A stretch of 34,469 bases of DNA from contig JAUCBJ010003830.1 of the NCBI GenBank assembly GCA_032718475.1, positions 1 through 34,469 of the forward strand. Direction: 5' to 3'. The DNA comes from Nemertoderma westbladi (taxonomy: Eukaryota > Animalia > Xenacoelomorpha). The notes beneath the pieces were generated by a model that saw nothing but the letters and a program-made list of their open reading frames with translations, had not been told where the DNA came from and did not search any database. The position numbers and the translations under genes were made by a program. Position 1 is the first letter of the stretch; each line of letters begins with the position of its first letter. Shown here piece after piece: positions 1-9,770 of this stretch.

Positions 1-175
1 CCCCTTTTTTTTTTGATAAATCAACTGTGCTCAAGACGGCCAAGTAAGGTTAGGTTGAACACAGTGGCAGCATATGATGGTATTGACAGATGGGTGGCCA
101 TGAGTAGGTAAATTGCGGACATACAGGGTATCAGGAATCAGGTAGTCGTAGTGTTTCCAGGTCTATATTTTACCT

Positions 176-249
176 GAGCCGCTAGCTGAATGGTTAGAGC
201 ATCAGATTTCCAACCCGGAGTTCACCAGTTCGATCCCACCTGGACGTCA
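176..249 (+). mobile_element. tRNA-derived sequence (probable SINE head or tRNA pseudogene)
   Basis: Pol III A-box-like TAGCTGAATGG and B-box-like GTTCGATCC at tRNA spacing. Acceptor and anticodon stems pair poorly, so it is unlikely to be a functional tRNA. Confidence 0.6.
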
Positions 250-303
250 TTGCCGACTTTTCAAAAACTGTGCCCAACAAAAAGTTATAATAATTTTATA
301 TAG

Positions 304-721
304 CGCAGATAACACAGAAGAGCCAGAGGATGCTATAAGGTTACCCGTGAGGTATCTCAATATATTAACTCCACCAGGACTTCCACCGCCTTGGTTCTAA
401 AGGTTAGAAAAACAGTTTCACAAAAAATATGTTTTTATTTCTTTGGCTTCTATGAAAAACTGAAATATAATAACAAAATTAGATTGTTTATACAAGTGTA
501 GTGAATTATTGTGTGAATTTTAATTAAATATTAGCTAATCTAATGCATGTCGTTATTCCTGCCTAGGCCTATAGATAGACTCGAAAATATTATTTCAGGT
601 GGGCATTATTCTTATGCTGTTTAGAAATTTGAACTCCCCGCCCGTCAAGGACTTTACAATGGGACCCGCCTCATTCTGGATAAAGTCTGCGGTCGCCTAC
701 TACAATACAATATTGCCAGTG
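304..721 (+). pseudogene. Helitron RepHel / PIF1-family helicase fragment, two exons (304-402, 599-721), frameshifted
   Basis: Manual translation gives ADNTEEPEDAIRLPVRYLNILTPPGLPP/LVLK and VGIILMLFRNLN/QGLYNGTRLILDKV..IASG. This matches the Helitron helicase motifs (YP.EFLNSL.P.GLPPH.L.LKVG.P.MLLRNL...GLCNGTRL). Both pieces have AG and GT boundaries and each contains a frameshift. Confidence 0.8.
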
Positions 722-1405
722 GTAAGTTTCAAACAATAATAAAACCCAATTATTCTTCCCTTTCGTCACTTTATTTAGGTTATTGTTAACAAACTTTTTT
801 TGAGGTAGGCCTACATTTACACTTATTAAAGTGTAATTATTTATTACAAAGTATAACTTTTTTTCACTATTCTCGAGGCATTTTATTTACCGAGCGATAA
901 TAAGGGGTCGAGAGAATATTGAAAAAAAAATGTTCAACGTTTTTTCCCCATAAAATGCGTAATTTTATTCTCAAACATTTTTGTTGCTCAATTCTTTAAC
1001 AAAACATATAGAGAGATATAGTTAGACAAAAATAAATTGAACTGTATTATTTTACTACTGTATATTGTCTCCATAGTTACTGCAACTACAATTACTTGTA
1101 CTCTTCAACTCCTGATGCTTCCTTACTCAACGTTAAATAATTTAGTGTTCTCGAATATTTACTACGTAGAGAGCCGCTTAACAACATAAACCAATATTGG
1201 ATCGTATTAATAGAGTTTGGGGTAGGGCGGGTTGACCCATGGACTTGTAGAATATTAATTTATACCAGGACTGGAAACTGTTTATTCGGAAATACCAGTT
1301 GAGGCCTACTTTCTGATTTTTGCTAGCAGTTATTTATTTTAGGAATCATCATATCTAAACCGCTACCATTTCATTTTTTCTGAACGGATTTTAATGGGGG
1401 GGGGG

Positions 1406-1538
1406 GCAGCACGATTGCTGGCTGGTACTACTGTAGGAAGAGAGATCACATTACTCCAGTACTTAAAGACCTGCATTGGCTTCCGATTAATCGCCGCATT
1501 CAGTTTAAAATAGCTCTACTAACATACAAATGTCTTAA
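1406..1538 (+). mobile_element. L2/CR1-group LINE fragment (C-terminal part of ORF2)
   Basis: Translates as AARLLAGT../RKRDHITPVLKDLHWLPINRRIQFKIALLTYKCL, the characteristic post-RT HITPVL..LHWLP...RI.FK motif of L2-clade elements. Confidence 0.8.
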
Positions 1539-1610
1539 CCCTATTACCACTGGGGTGTTTAGACCATTAGCAGCACTGGCGGGGAGTTGATTCGCCCCCC
1601 CCCCCCCCCC
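1539..1610. mobile_element. Possible left end of a piggyBac-like non-autonomous element (continues after 8232)
   Basis: The L2 reading frame stops abruptly at TTAA (1535-1538) followed by CCCT, the piggyBac target and terminus signature. No matching right end was found. Confidence 0.35.
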
Positions 1611-1873
1611 TATAGCGTACTCATGGTTTTAGAGAATACTATAGTAATTCAATGTATTAAAGATTCCACTAGGTGGTGTTAGCGATGTAAAAGTTTGATT
1701 CTTTGCCAAGTTGTGTAGTAGTTATTCAATGGTATATTGTTTTTCCTATTGTTGTTGTGGAGTTAACCTATTGCAAGTATTCAATATGTAAGTTAATTAA
1801 ATTGTTTTCAATCTAATAAATTTATCATTTTATTTTATACATAATTTGTGATCAAAGAGATAAGATCACTAAA
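1611..1873 (+). repeat. 5' LTR of BEL/Pao element
   Basis: Direct repeat of 7970-8232 with one mismatch seen (T1812 vs G8171); contains AATAAA. Confidence 0.95.
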
Positions 1874-1883
1874 TGGCGCCCGA
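1874..1883 (+). promoter_or_regulatory. Primer-binding site TGGCGCCCGA (tRNA-Lys-type)
   Basis: Immediately follows the 5' LTR and matches the first 10 nt of the classical tRNA-Lys PBS (TGGCGCCCGAACAGGGAC). Confidence 0.8.
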
Positions 1884-2095
1884 TATAAATTTAAATAACT
1901 GTATTCAATATTTTAATTAACTGAGATATTATAATTGAATTATTTTAATGGAAAATAATTAACTATAATGGATCTGTAATGGAACAGAGGAGATTTGACT
2001 CTGAGAAACATGAGAAACGGGAACTGACGTCAATCAAGAGTGTTAAGCATAAGGTGAGTCACAAATAGAGTCTTACATGTGTCAACATCGATTCA

Positions 2096-5000
2096 ATGGC
2101 AACTAAATTACGCAATAAGCGTGCTGGAATCAAAAGTTACTTGAAACAGTTGATGGCAAAAAAGTATGAGGAATTGTCTAGCATCGATGTTGAAGCAGCG
2201 TTAGAGTCAACTCAAAAACGGTTACAAATAATTTTAGACCTAGATGATGAGATATTGAGTGAAATAGATGAAGATCTAGTAGAAGAGGAAACTTTAAAAA
2301 ATTCAAACTATGTACTGAATGTTGAGTATTTCATTGTCTATCTAAAAAATATTCTAGGTATTGGTTTAAAATCCAAACCATTCACAAGTAGTGCTGCCAT
2401 TATTGGTAGAGATTCTGAAGTCAATACAACGAAACGTGTTACTAAGTTACCAAAGTTAGAGTTAAAGAAATTCAATGGAAAAATTACCGAATGGCAAGGC
2501 TTTATAGAGAGTTTTGATTCTGCAATTGGTACAAATAATTATTTAAATGGAGTGGATAAATTCAATTATTTAAAAACTCTTTTAGAAGGCCCAGCTTTAT
2601 CGGCAATCCAAGGATTATCTTTATCAGAAGATAATTATCACGTTGCACTAACCACTCTTAGAAATCGCTATGGTCAAACAGAAGTAATAGTGAATGCACA
2701 TTTGGAATTAATTGTTAATTACCCAAGATTTTTCAATTGTGATGACGCAAAGAAATTTCGTGCGTTTTATGATTTTTTAAATATGCATGTTTTACAACTT
2801 GAATCATTAGGAATTTCGTGCGAAAACTATGAATTGGTAATTTTTCCAAAGATCATGACAAAATTACCAGACGACATTAAATTAAAAATGGGTCGAGATT
2901 TAGAATCAAAGACAGATATCAAATTACTTTTAAAACATTTAGAACAAGAGGTAATATTAAGAGAGAGATTGAGTGCATATGCAGAAATGTCGAGAACTGG
3001 ATCAACTACAAAAGACAAGGAAACGAGTAAACCTTCAATCCACACAAATAACACTGCTGGCACTTACCCCAATGAGTCAATTAATCAAATTTCAACAATA
3101 GCAGCAACAATGAGACCCCCCCAGCATCAAAGTGTTTATCCGAGTTCCAAGTATTCCAAATCAAATTTGTGTTGTGTATATTGTCAAGGGAGTCATTATG
3201 CTGATTTATGTGATGTATTTACAAATGTAGAATCGCGTACAGTACATCTACGTAAAGAAGGTCGGTGCTTTAATTGTTTAAGAAAGGACCACGATGCTAC
3301 AAATTGTATTTCTAAAAAGTGCTGTTACTTTTGCAAGAAACATCACCATTCGTCATTGTGCTATAAACATTTTAGAACACAAAAACCAGCTGATCAAAAT
3401 CAAAAACCCAAATTGGAAGCAGTTAAGAAAGCTGAGAATAAAATAAATTCAGGAAATACAACGTCGCAGCTGCTAATTCCTAATGCAAGCAACTCAAACT
3501 CAAATACGATGTCAATTATTCTACAATTAGCTCAAGGTAATATATCGAATGACGATGATATCTCTAATGTTCACAAAGTAAATATATTTTTTGACAAAGG
3601 CAGCCAACGAAGTTTTATATCAACGAAAATGGCCAATAATTTATCCTGTAATGTAATTGGTAAAGAAAATATTGAAGTTAATTCATTTGGAGATAAAATA
3701 GTTGAAATATCATGTCCTATTGTTGAACTTTATTTATTTGGAAAAAATGGTGAAAAGCTACATTTAAGTGCATTAGTATATGACAAAATATGTGGTTCTA
3801 TCCATGCTGATGAAGTTGAAATAAACAGATATAACCATTTACGAGATTTAGATGTTGCATACCCTATTGAAGGAGGTGTGTTCAATGTTGATATATTAGT
3901 AGGACTCGATCACTATTGGAAAATCGTACAGGATGACATTTTAAAGGGAGATGGAGGTCCTATAGCAATGAGTAGCATAATAGGTTGGTTAATATCAGGT
4001 CCAAAATCAACCGAACCAATATTAAATATAGAAGAGAATGAGTTCAATGAGACAAGTTCAACTCACAACTTGTTGTGTTCCATTGATTCAACTGAGTCAC
4101 AAATTCAAATTATTGGTTCAAACTTAAATGTGGAAGAGAAATCAAATTCAATGGTGGATGAGTTCCAACAATTTTGGGAGACCAGCATCAATAAAGATTC
4201 TGAATCAGATTCTAGTATTATAATTCAAGAGTTAACAAATTCAGCAAAATATGACGAGACAAATAAACGATGGACTGTTGCAATACCATGGAAAGATAAT
4301 ATTCATAAGCTTTTAGATAATTATGGATTAGCAAAGAAAAGACTCATAACATTACTCAAAAAGTTAAATACCGATCCAAAGTTATTCAAAATGTATAAGG
4401 ATACATTAGAAGAACATATACGTCTAAATATGATTGAGGTCATTCCACATAATGAGATCTATTCAACCAAAAATATCGTATATTACATACCTCACTTTGG
4501 AGTCCTTGATGAAACGCGTTTAACAACAAAACTCCGTGTCGTTATGAATGCATCACAGAATGATAAGAATGGTCTTTCATTAAATAAGTGTATTTATAAT
4601 GGGCCAAATCTCTTACCACTTATTATAGATATGCTTCTGAGATTAAGATCCTACAAAATAGCAATTGTAGCGGATATTGCAAAAGCCTTTTTGCAAGTAG
4701 CAGTGAATAAAGAACAATGTGACACCTTGCGTATACTTTGGATTGATGACTCGGGAAATATTATACATCTTCGCTACGTGAGGTTGGTGATGGGAGTCGG
4801 ATCAAGTTCATTCTGTTTGAATGCCATTATTAAGATTCACATTGAGAAATTCAAACACCTTGCACCTGATTTCATTAAAAAATTGCTTCGTGACATCTAT
4901 GTTGATGACTTAACAACAGGGGAGAACACAGTGGAATCAGCAATTCAATTATATAATCAATCAAAACAAATAATGTCAGAGGGTAATTTTGAACTGAGAA

Positions 5001-7570
5001 AATGGAAGAGTAATGACCCTGCTGTTATGGCACATATAAATAATGTAGAACAATTTGAGCCACAACCACGAGAGGATTTCAATGATAGTTATGCAAAAGC
5101 AACATTGGGACCATCTGCAAGCTCTGAAATTAACAACACCACGAAAGTTCTTGGATTAACATGGAAATATGATGTAGATAAATTCATGTTTCATATTTCA
5201 AACCTACCGCACCAACTAGATGCAACCAAGAGGAACTTACTCAAATTTTCGGCACAAATATATGATCCCTTGGGAATATTGAGCCCATTTACTATTCAAA
5301 TCAAAATACTATTTCAAGAACTATGTATTTCTAAAATAGATTGGGATGTTCAATTGGAAGGTCAACATTTCAATAAATATAAGAAATTCTACTCCGACTT
5401 AAGATTTTTAAATGATGAATTCTTATTTCCCCGATATTGTCTAAGCCCTCACCATAATGACAGTATATCTCAAGTAACTTTGCATATATTTGGGGATGCT
5501 TCAGCGAAAGCATTTGCAACAGCAGTTTACATTAGAACAGAAACTAATAACGAGGTTGAAGTCAATTTATTGGCTGCTAAAAGTAAAGTTGCCCCTATAC
5601 AGAAAACAAAAAACAACTTCACCTGCACTCCACGTCTTGAGCTGCTCGCAGCAGTTCTTTGTATAGATATCCATAATATTATTATCAATGCATATAATAA
5701 CGTATTAAAGATCTTCAAAGTCTACTTCTGGTCCGACAACCGGACAGTTTTATGTTGGATAAAGAATGATACTGACTATGTGGCTTTTGTTCAAAATCGA
5801 GTTTCCAAGATCAGACATTTCTCAAACCCATCACAATGGAACCACTGTCCTGGATGTGAGAATCCGGCTGATCCCCCATCAAGAGGTACTTGCGCCAAAG
5901 AGTTACTTTCACATCCCATTTGGCTTAATGGTCCAAAATGGTTAGCTTCACCAGAAAAGTTCTGGCCACATTCAAATGAGGAGGGAATGCTAACCGAAGA
6001 TTATTATAAAGAGGTAAAAAAGAAAACAAACTTTCCAGTTTGTATAGTATCAGTATCAAACAAACAACCAATTTTTGATGTAACAAGATACTCAACATTA
6101 AACAAAGTGATTTGTATTACACATATTATATTTAAATTCCTACAAAATGTGAGTTCATCCAAGTGTTGTCCAACATTAACATCAATAAGTCTCTCTCCAG
6201 AACAATATTGGATTAAAATTATACAAGAAGAACATTTCCCCCACGAATTGGAATATCTCCATTCTAAAAGTGGATCGTGTCCGCAGAAGGTACATCAATT
6301 GGGTTTAGAACTAGATTCCCATGGAATAATAACTTGCAAAACGAGATTAGAGAGTGCCGACTTACCTTATGCCATGAAACATCCAATATTGTTACCGAGA
6401 GCAAAAGATTCTTATTTTACTAAACTACTAATTGAACAAATACATGTAGATGTATTACATGCTGGGACATCTGGAACGTTAAGCCATACTAGAGAACAAT
6501 TCTGGATTCTCGAGGGTAGACGAAGTGTGGTGAGGAGCTCAATATCAAATTGCAAGCATTGCAAAAAAATAGTTGGAAAATCATACCCCACTCCACATCT
6601 TCCTCCACTTCCAATCGAGAGGATATCTGAATGTTTACCTTTTATATGTACTGGTGTTGATTTTGCTGGTCCCTTAAATGTCAAGCGAACCAGCAACAGG
6701 GGAGAAAATGGAGTTATAGAAAAATATAAAGCATGGATTTCGATTTTTACCTGCGCAAGTACACGTGCAGTTCACCTTGAAGTTGCTGAGGATCTAACTG
6801 GAGAAGGATTTATAAGTTGTTTTCGTAGATTTGTTGCTCGAAGGTCTTGGCCAGAACAAATGTGGTCAGACAACGGATCAAATTTCAAAAGTAACACTGT
6901 CAAGAAATTTATGGAAAAACACAACATTAGATTCGAGCACATTGTCGAGAAAGCCCCTTGGTGGGGTGGACTGTGGGAACGAATAGTAAAGATGATAAAA
7001 GAGAATTTACTAAAAGTGTTGGGACGCTCATTACTAACATTGATTGAGTTAATAACAGTTTTATCAGAAATTGAAAGTATACTGAATGATAGACCACTTA
7101 CATATGTTGATTCCGATCTACATAGTCCAACAATATTAACCCCATCTCATATTTTAATTGGAAAAAGTAATTTCACTAAACCTATCGTTGTGTCTACTAC
7201 TGAAAGCATACCTGATAGTACCCAGAAACAAGTACAACAACGCTGGGAGTACATATCTAAATTACGTAGAAACTTCCAGAAGAATTTCCGAATGACATAT
7301 TTAACTAGCCTGAGAGAACGTTTTTGGCCACGATATCAACTGTCGGGTCCAAAGATCGCCAAAGATGATGTTGTACTTATAGAGAATGAAGATGTATCAA
7401 ACAGAGCATGTTGGCGTTTGGGAATTATAGACGACCTAATAGAAAGCCGTGATAAAGTGGTTAGAGCGGCAAATGTAAGAACTATTACTCAAGGAAAGTT
7501 GCCTAAACCGATATATATAAAGCGGCCGATTCAAGCCCTATATCCATTAGAGATTAACTGTAATGATTAG
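2096..7570 (+). CDS. BEL/Pao Gag-Pol polyprotein (DUF1759 Gag, 3 zinc knuckles, aspartic protease, RT, RNase H, integrase, DUF5641-like tail)
   Basis: LPKLELKKFNG/W..F..SF/DKFNYLK (DUF1759); CVYC..H..C, CFNC..H..C, CYFC..HH..LC; FDKGSQRSFI; ADIAKAF and YVDD; FGDAS, PRLEL, WSDN; LHAG..C..C, DFAGP, RAVHLE, SDNGSNF, APWWGGLWER. Uninterrupted 1824 aa. Confidence 0.97.
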   Translation: MATKLRNKRAGIKSYLKQLMAKKYEELSSIDVEAALESTQKRLQIILDLDDEILSEIDEDLVEEETLKNSNYVLNVEYFIVYLKNILGIGLKSKPFTSSAAIIGRDSEVNTTKRVTKLPKLELKKFNGKITEWQGFIESFDSAIGTNNYLNGVDKFNYLKTLLEGPALSAIQGLSLSEDNYHVALTTLRNRYGQTEVIVNAHLELIVNYPRFFNCDDAKKFRAFYDFLNMHVLQLESLGISCENYELVIFPKIMTKLPDDIKLKMGRDLESKTDIKLLLKHLEQEVILRERLSAYAEMSRTGSTTKDKETSKPSIHTNNTAGTYPNESINQISTIAATMRPPQHQSVYPSSKYSKSNLCCVYCQGSHYADLCDVFTNVESRTVHLRKEGRCFNCLRKDHDATNCISKKCCYFCKKHHHSSLCYKHFRTQKPADQNQKPKLEAVKKAENKINSGNTTSQLLIPNASNSNSNTMSIILQLAQGNISNDDDISNVHKVNIFFDKGSQRSFISTKMANNLSCNVIGKENIEVNSFGDKIVEISCPIVELYLFGKNGEKLHLSALVYDKICGSIHADEVEINRYNHLRDLDVAYPIEGGVFNVDILVGLDHYWKIVQDDILKGDGGPIAMSSIIGWLISGPKSTEPILNIEENEFNETSSTHNLLCSIDSTESQIQIIGSNLNVEEKSNSMVDEFQQFWETSINKDSESDSSIIIQELTNSAKYDETNKRWTVAIPWKDNIHKLLDNYGLAKKRLITLLKKLNTDPKLFKMYKDTLEEHIRLNMIEVIPHNEIYSTKNIVYYIPHFGVLDETRLTTKLRVVMNASQNDKNGLSLNKCIYNGPNLLPLIIDMLLRLRSYKIAIVADIAKAFLQVAVNKEQCDTLRILWIDDSGNIIHLRYVRLVMGVGSSSFCLNAIIKIHIEKFKHLAPDFIKKLLRDIYVDDLTTGENTVESAIQLYNQSKQIMSEGNFELRKWKSNDPAVMAHINNVEQFEPQPREDFNDSYAKATLGPSASSEINNTTKVLGLTWKYDVDKFMFHISNLPHQLDATKRNLLKFSAQIYDPLGILSPFTIQIKILFQELCISKIDWDVQLEGQHFNKYKKFYSDLRFLNDEFLFPRYCLSPHHNDSISQVTLHIFGDASAKAFATAVYIRTETNNEVEVNLLAAKSKVAPIQKTKNNFTCTPRLELLAAVLCIDIHNIIINAYNNVLKIFKVYFWSDNRTVLCWIKNDTDYVAFVQNRVSKIRHFSNPSQWNHCPGCENPADPPSRGTCAKELLSHPIWLNGPKWLASPEKFWPHSNEEGMLTEDYYKEVKKKTNFPVCIVSVSNKQPIFDVTRYSTLNKVICITHIIFKFLQNVSSSKCCPTLTSISLSPEQYWIKIIQEEHFPHELEYLHSKSGSCPQKVHQLGLELDSHGIITCKTRLESADLPYAMKHPILLPRAKDSYFTKLLIEQIHVDVLHAGTSGTLSHTREQFWILEGRRSVVRSSISNCKHCKKIVGKSYPTPHLPPLPIERISECLPFICTGVDFAGPLNVKRTSNRGENGVIEKYKAWISIFTCASTRAVHLEVAEDLTGEGFISCFRRFVARRSWPEQMWSDNGSNFKSNTVKKFMEKHNIRFEHIVEKAPWWGGLWERIVKMIKENLLKVLGRSLLTLIELITVLSEIESILNDRPLTYVDSDLHSPTILTPSHILIGKSNFTKPIVVSTTESIPDSTQKQVQQRWEYISKLRRNFQKNFRMTYLTSLRERFWPRYQLSGPKIAKDDVVLIENEDVSNRACWRLGIIDDLIESRDKVVRAANVRTITQGKLPKPIYIKRPIQALYPLEINCND

Positions 7571-7962
7571 ATTTATTAAATTGTCTAATTGAAATGTTAA
7601 TTATTGAACTAAGTGTAAAAATAAATATTTGTGGGATTCGTAATATTCATACTATATCATATGGTTTTGTTCTAAGTTTCATAATTAACACAAGGTTTAA
7701 ATAAGAATTTTAACTTGAGATTTATAGTGAAGTGAAGTTTAAGATCTCAAACTGCACTGCATAATACGTAAAGTTACATTAATTGTATTAACATTTGCGT
7801 TAAATTGAAGCTATTCGTATCATTTATGTGAGCATGTAAATATTGTATATTATTATTTTTTAGTATTTTGGTGACAGTTATCAATATAGTGATACGAATT
7901 GATTTTACATATTATTGTGTTTCAAAAGTAAATAAACTTACATAAACTGAGGTACAGTTTAC

Positions 7963-7969
7963 AGGGGAG
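7963..7969 (+). promoter_or_regulatory. Polypurine tract
   Basis: AGGGGAG directly upstream of the 3' LTR. Confidence 0.7.
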
Positions 7970-8232
7970 TATAGCGTACTCATGGTTTTAGAGAATACTA
8001 TAGTAATTCAATGTATTAAAGATTCCACTAGGTGGTGTTAGCGATGTAAAAGTTTGATTCTTTGCCAAGTTGTGTAGTAGTTATTCAATGGTATATTGTT
8101 TTTCCTATTGTTGTTGTGGAGTTAACCTATTGCAAGTATTCAATATGTAAGTTAATTAAATTGTTTTCAAGCTAATAAATTTATCATTTTATTTTATACA
8201 TAATTTGTGATCAAAGAGATAAGATCACTAAA
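7970..8232 (+). repeat. 3' LTR of BEL/Pao element
   Basis: Direct repeat of 1611-1873. Confidence 0.95.
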
Positions 8233-8418
8233 CCCCCCACCCCCGCTCTATATTTGTAATCATCCAATAAAATCCTACGAATTTTGGGTTGTAGGTAAAA
8301 AAATTATCGAAGAACATTTTCAAATACAAAAAAATGAAAATGTCATAAGGTGGGTATTATAATTTTCATGAAAAATAGAAGTAGTCCCAGGACCAAATAT
8401 ACATTTTTTTGATATTCT

Positions 8419-8838
8419 AACTAGAAAGCCAGCAAGCTGGCTATAAGCGAACCTTCCCCTCAAACCAGTACCATGAGTGAGCGAAAATGAAAACACGATA
8501 ATTGCCATCAACTCAACGATAGAAACACCAGCTGCTGGTACATGTGGGCCTAGTAAGCTACTACTACAGTATTTATTGAATGGATAGCCCAAACTGCAGA
8601 GAAGTATATTACTTGCCAAATTTATTACTATCTCACTCTAACCCAGACAGTAATCAAACATCAACTATATGTTTGTATAATGTATTACCACACCAGATGA
8701 ATAGCTCTTCCCAGTGAATCATCTCAGTGCTATGTTATGTGGGAGGGAGTTGATGATAATGAATGAGGAGGGACCCAACTAACACTACGTTTGTCTATGG
8801 AGGGTCTTCTTACAGCCAGATGGCTGGCTTTTCTAGTT
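8419..8838. mobile_element. About 420-bp non-autonomous element with about 40-bp imperfect terminal inverted repeats
   Basis: AACTAGAAAGCCAGCAAGCTGGCTATAAGCGAACCTTCC at the left; the reverse complement of the right end reads AACTAGAAAAGCCAGCCATCTGGCTGTAAGAAGACCCTCC. Confidence 0.7.
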
Positions 8839-9137
8839 GAATCATATTATTCCGCAACTAAATAATTTACTCTTTTAGACGAATTTGTGCGTTTTTTTTG
8901 CCGGACTAACAAATTTTGGCGACGTTCTGTGCGAGATTGGCGATATTTGAAAAGATTCTGAGGCTCAAATATGTTGCTCAGATGACTGAATATCTCAAAT
9001 AAAAAAGTTGGTGCATATTCGACGAGTTGAAATCGGTGAAATTCGACTTTAAATTTTCAAATAAAAATTAAAATTTTATTAATTAAAATTAAAATTTTTG
9101 CGTACCTGCTTGAGTTTTTGAGATATTGGATGGTTAT

Positions 9138-9153
9138 ACACACACACACACAC
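9138..9153. repeat. (CA)n microsatellite
   Basis: Run of CA dinucleotides. Confidence 0.8.
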
Positions 9154-9347
9154 AACCACATCGTCTTTTTAAATGGCTCAACTCCTGACAAGAACTACCC
9201 TGGCCTATTAATAGGCAGGTTCGTTAAAACTGATAGTGTGCCATTGTTGGATAACATTAGTAGGTTTTTCACTACGCTGAATCGAATGTGATTATATTCC
9301 ATTTTCGAAAATTGAACTGGATGCTATTTTTCGCGCACATAAGAAGT

Positions 9348-9770
9348 GGGCGTGGCACTTCAAATTTTGAAAAATACGATATTCGGAAAATGCCCCCATC
9401 TTTTGATTTCAACGCGTTTTTATAGGTTTTCTGGACCGCTGAATCAATTGAAAGTATTATAGAAGCCTGAAGACTTAGTGGTTCGGTATTTTTGGTGCAC
9501 CAAAATTTGGGAGTGGCACTTATTCAAATTTTGTAAAAGTACCACGCCCTAATTGTGGTGTACCAATAATGACGTACCAGTAAGACTTGAGGCTTCAATA
9601 TTACTTTCAATCGATTCAGCGGTCCAGATATGTAACCTACAAAAATGGGTTTTAAATGAAAACCTTGTGGTATTTTCTGAATATCGTAATTTTGAAAATT
9701 TGATGTAAGTCTACTTGCCACACCCTAATTTTGGTGCACCAAAAATGATGTACCACTAAGAATTGAGACT
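9348..9770. repeat. Foldback made of diverged 160-175-bp units in inverted orientation
   Basis: CTGGACCGCTGAATCAATTGAAAGTA (about 9431) is inverted as TACTTTCAATCGATTCAGCGGTCCAG (about 9602). GGGCGTGGCA/GGGAGTGGCA-type motifs at 9348 and 9509 are mirrored at about 9541 and 9716. Confidence 0.75.

Larger units (their letters stand above)
1611..8232 (+). mobile_element. Complete BEL/Pao LTR retrotransposon
   Basis: Two 263-bp LTRs, PBS, PPT, a single gag-pol ORF, and C-runs on both flanks consistent with a CCCCC target-site duplication. Confidence 0.97.

Noticed and set aside
176-249. Functional tRNA gene
   Set aside because: Acceptor and anticodon stems do not pair properly.
2827-6696. Short minus-strand ORFs inside the BEL ORF
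   Set aside because: Antisense shadows of the gag-pol frame with no motifs.
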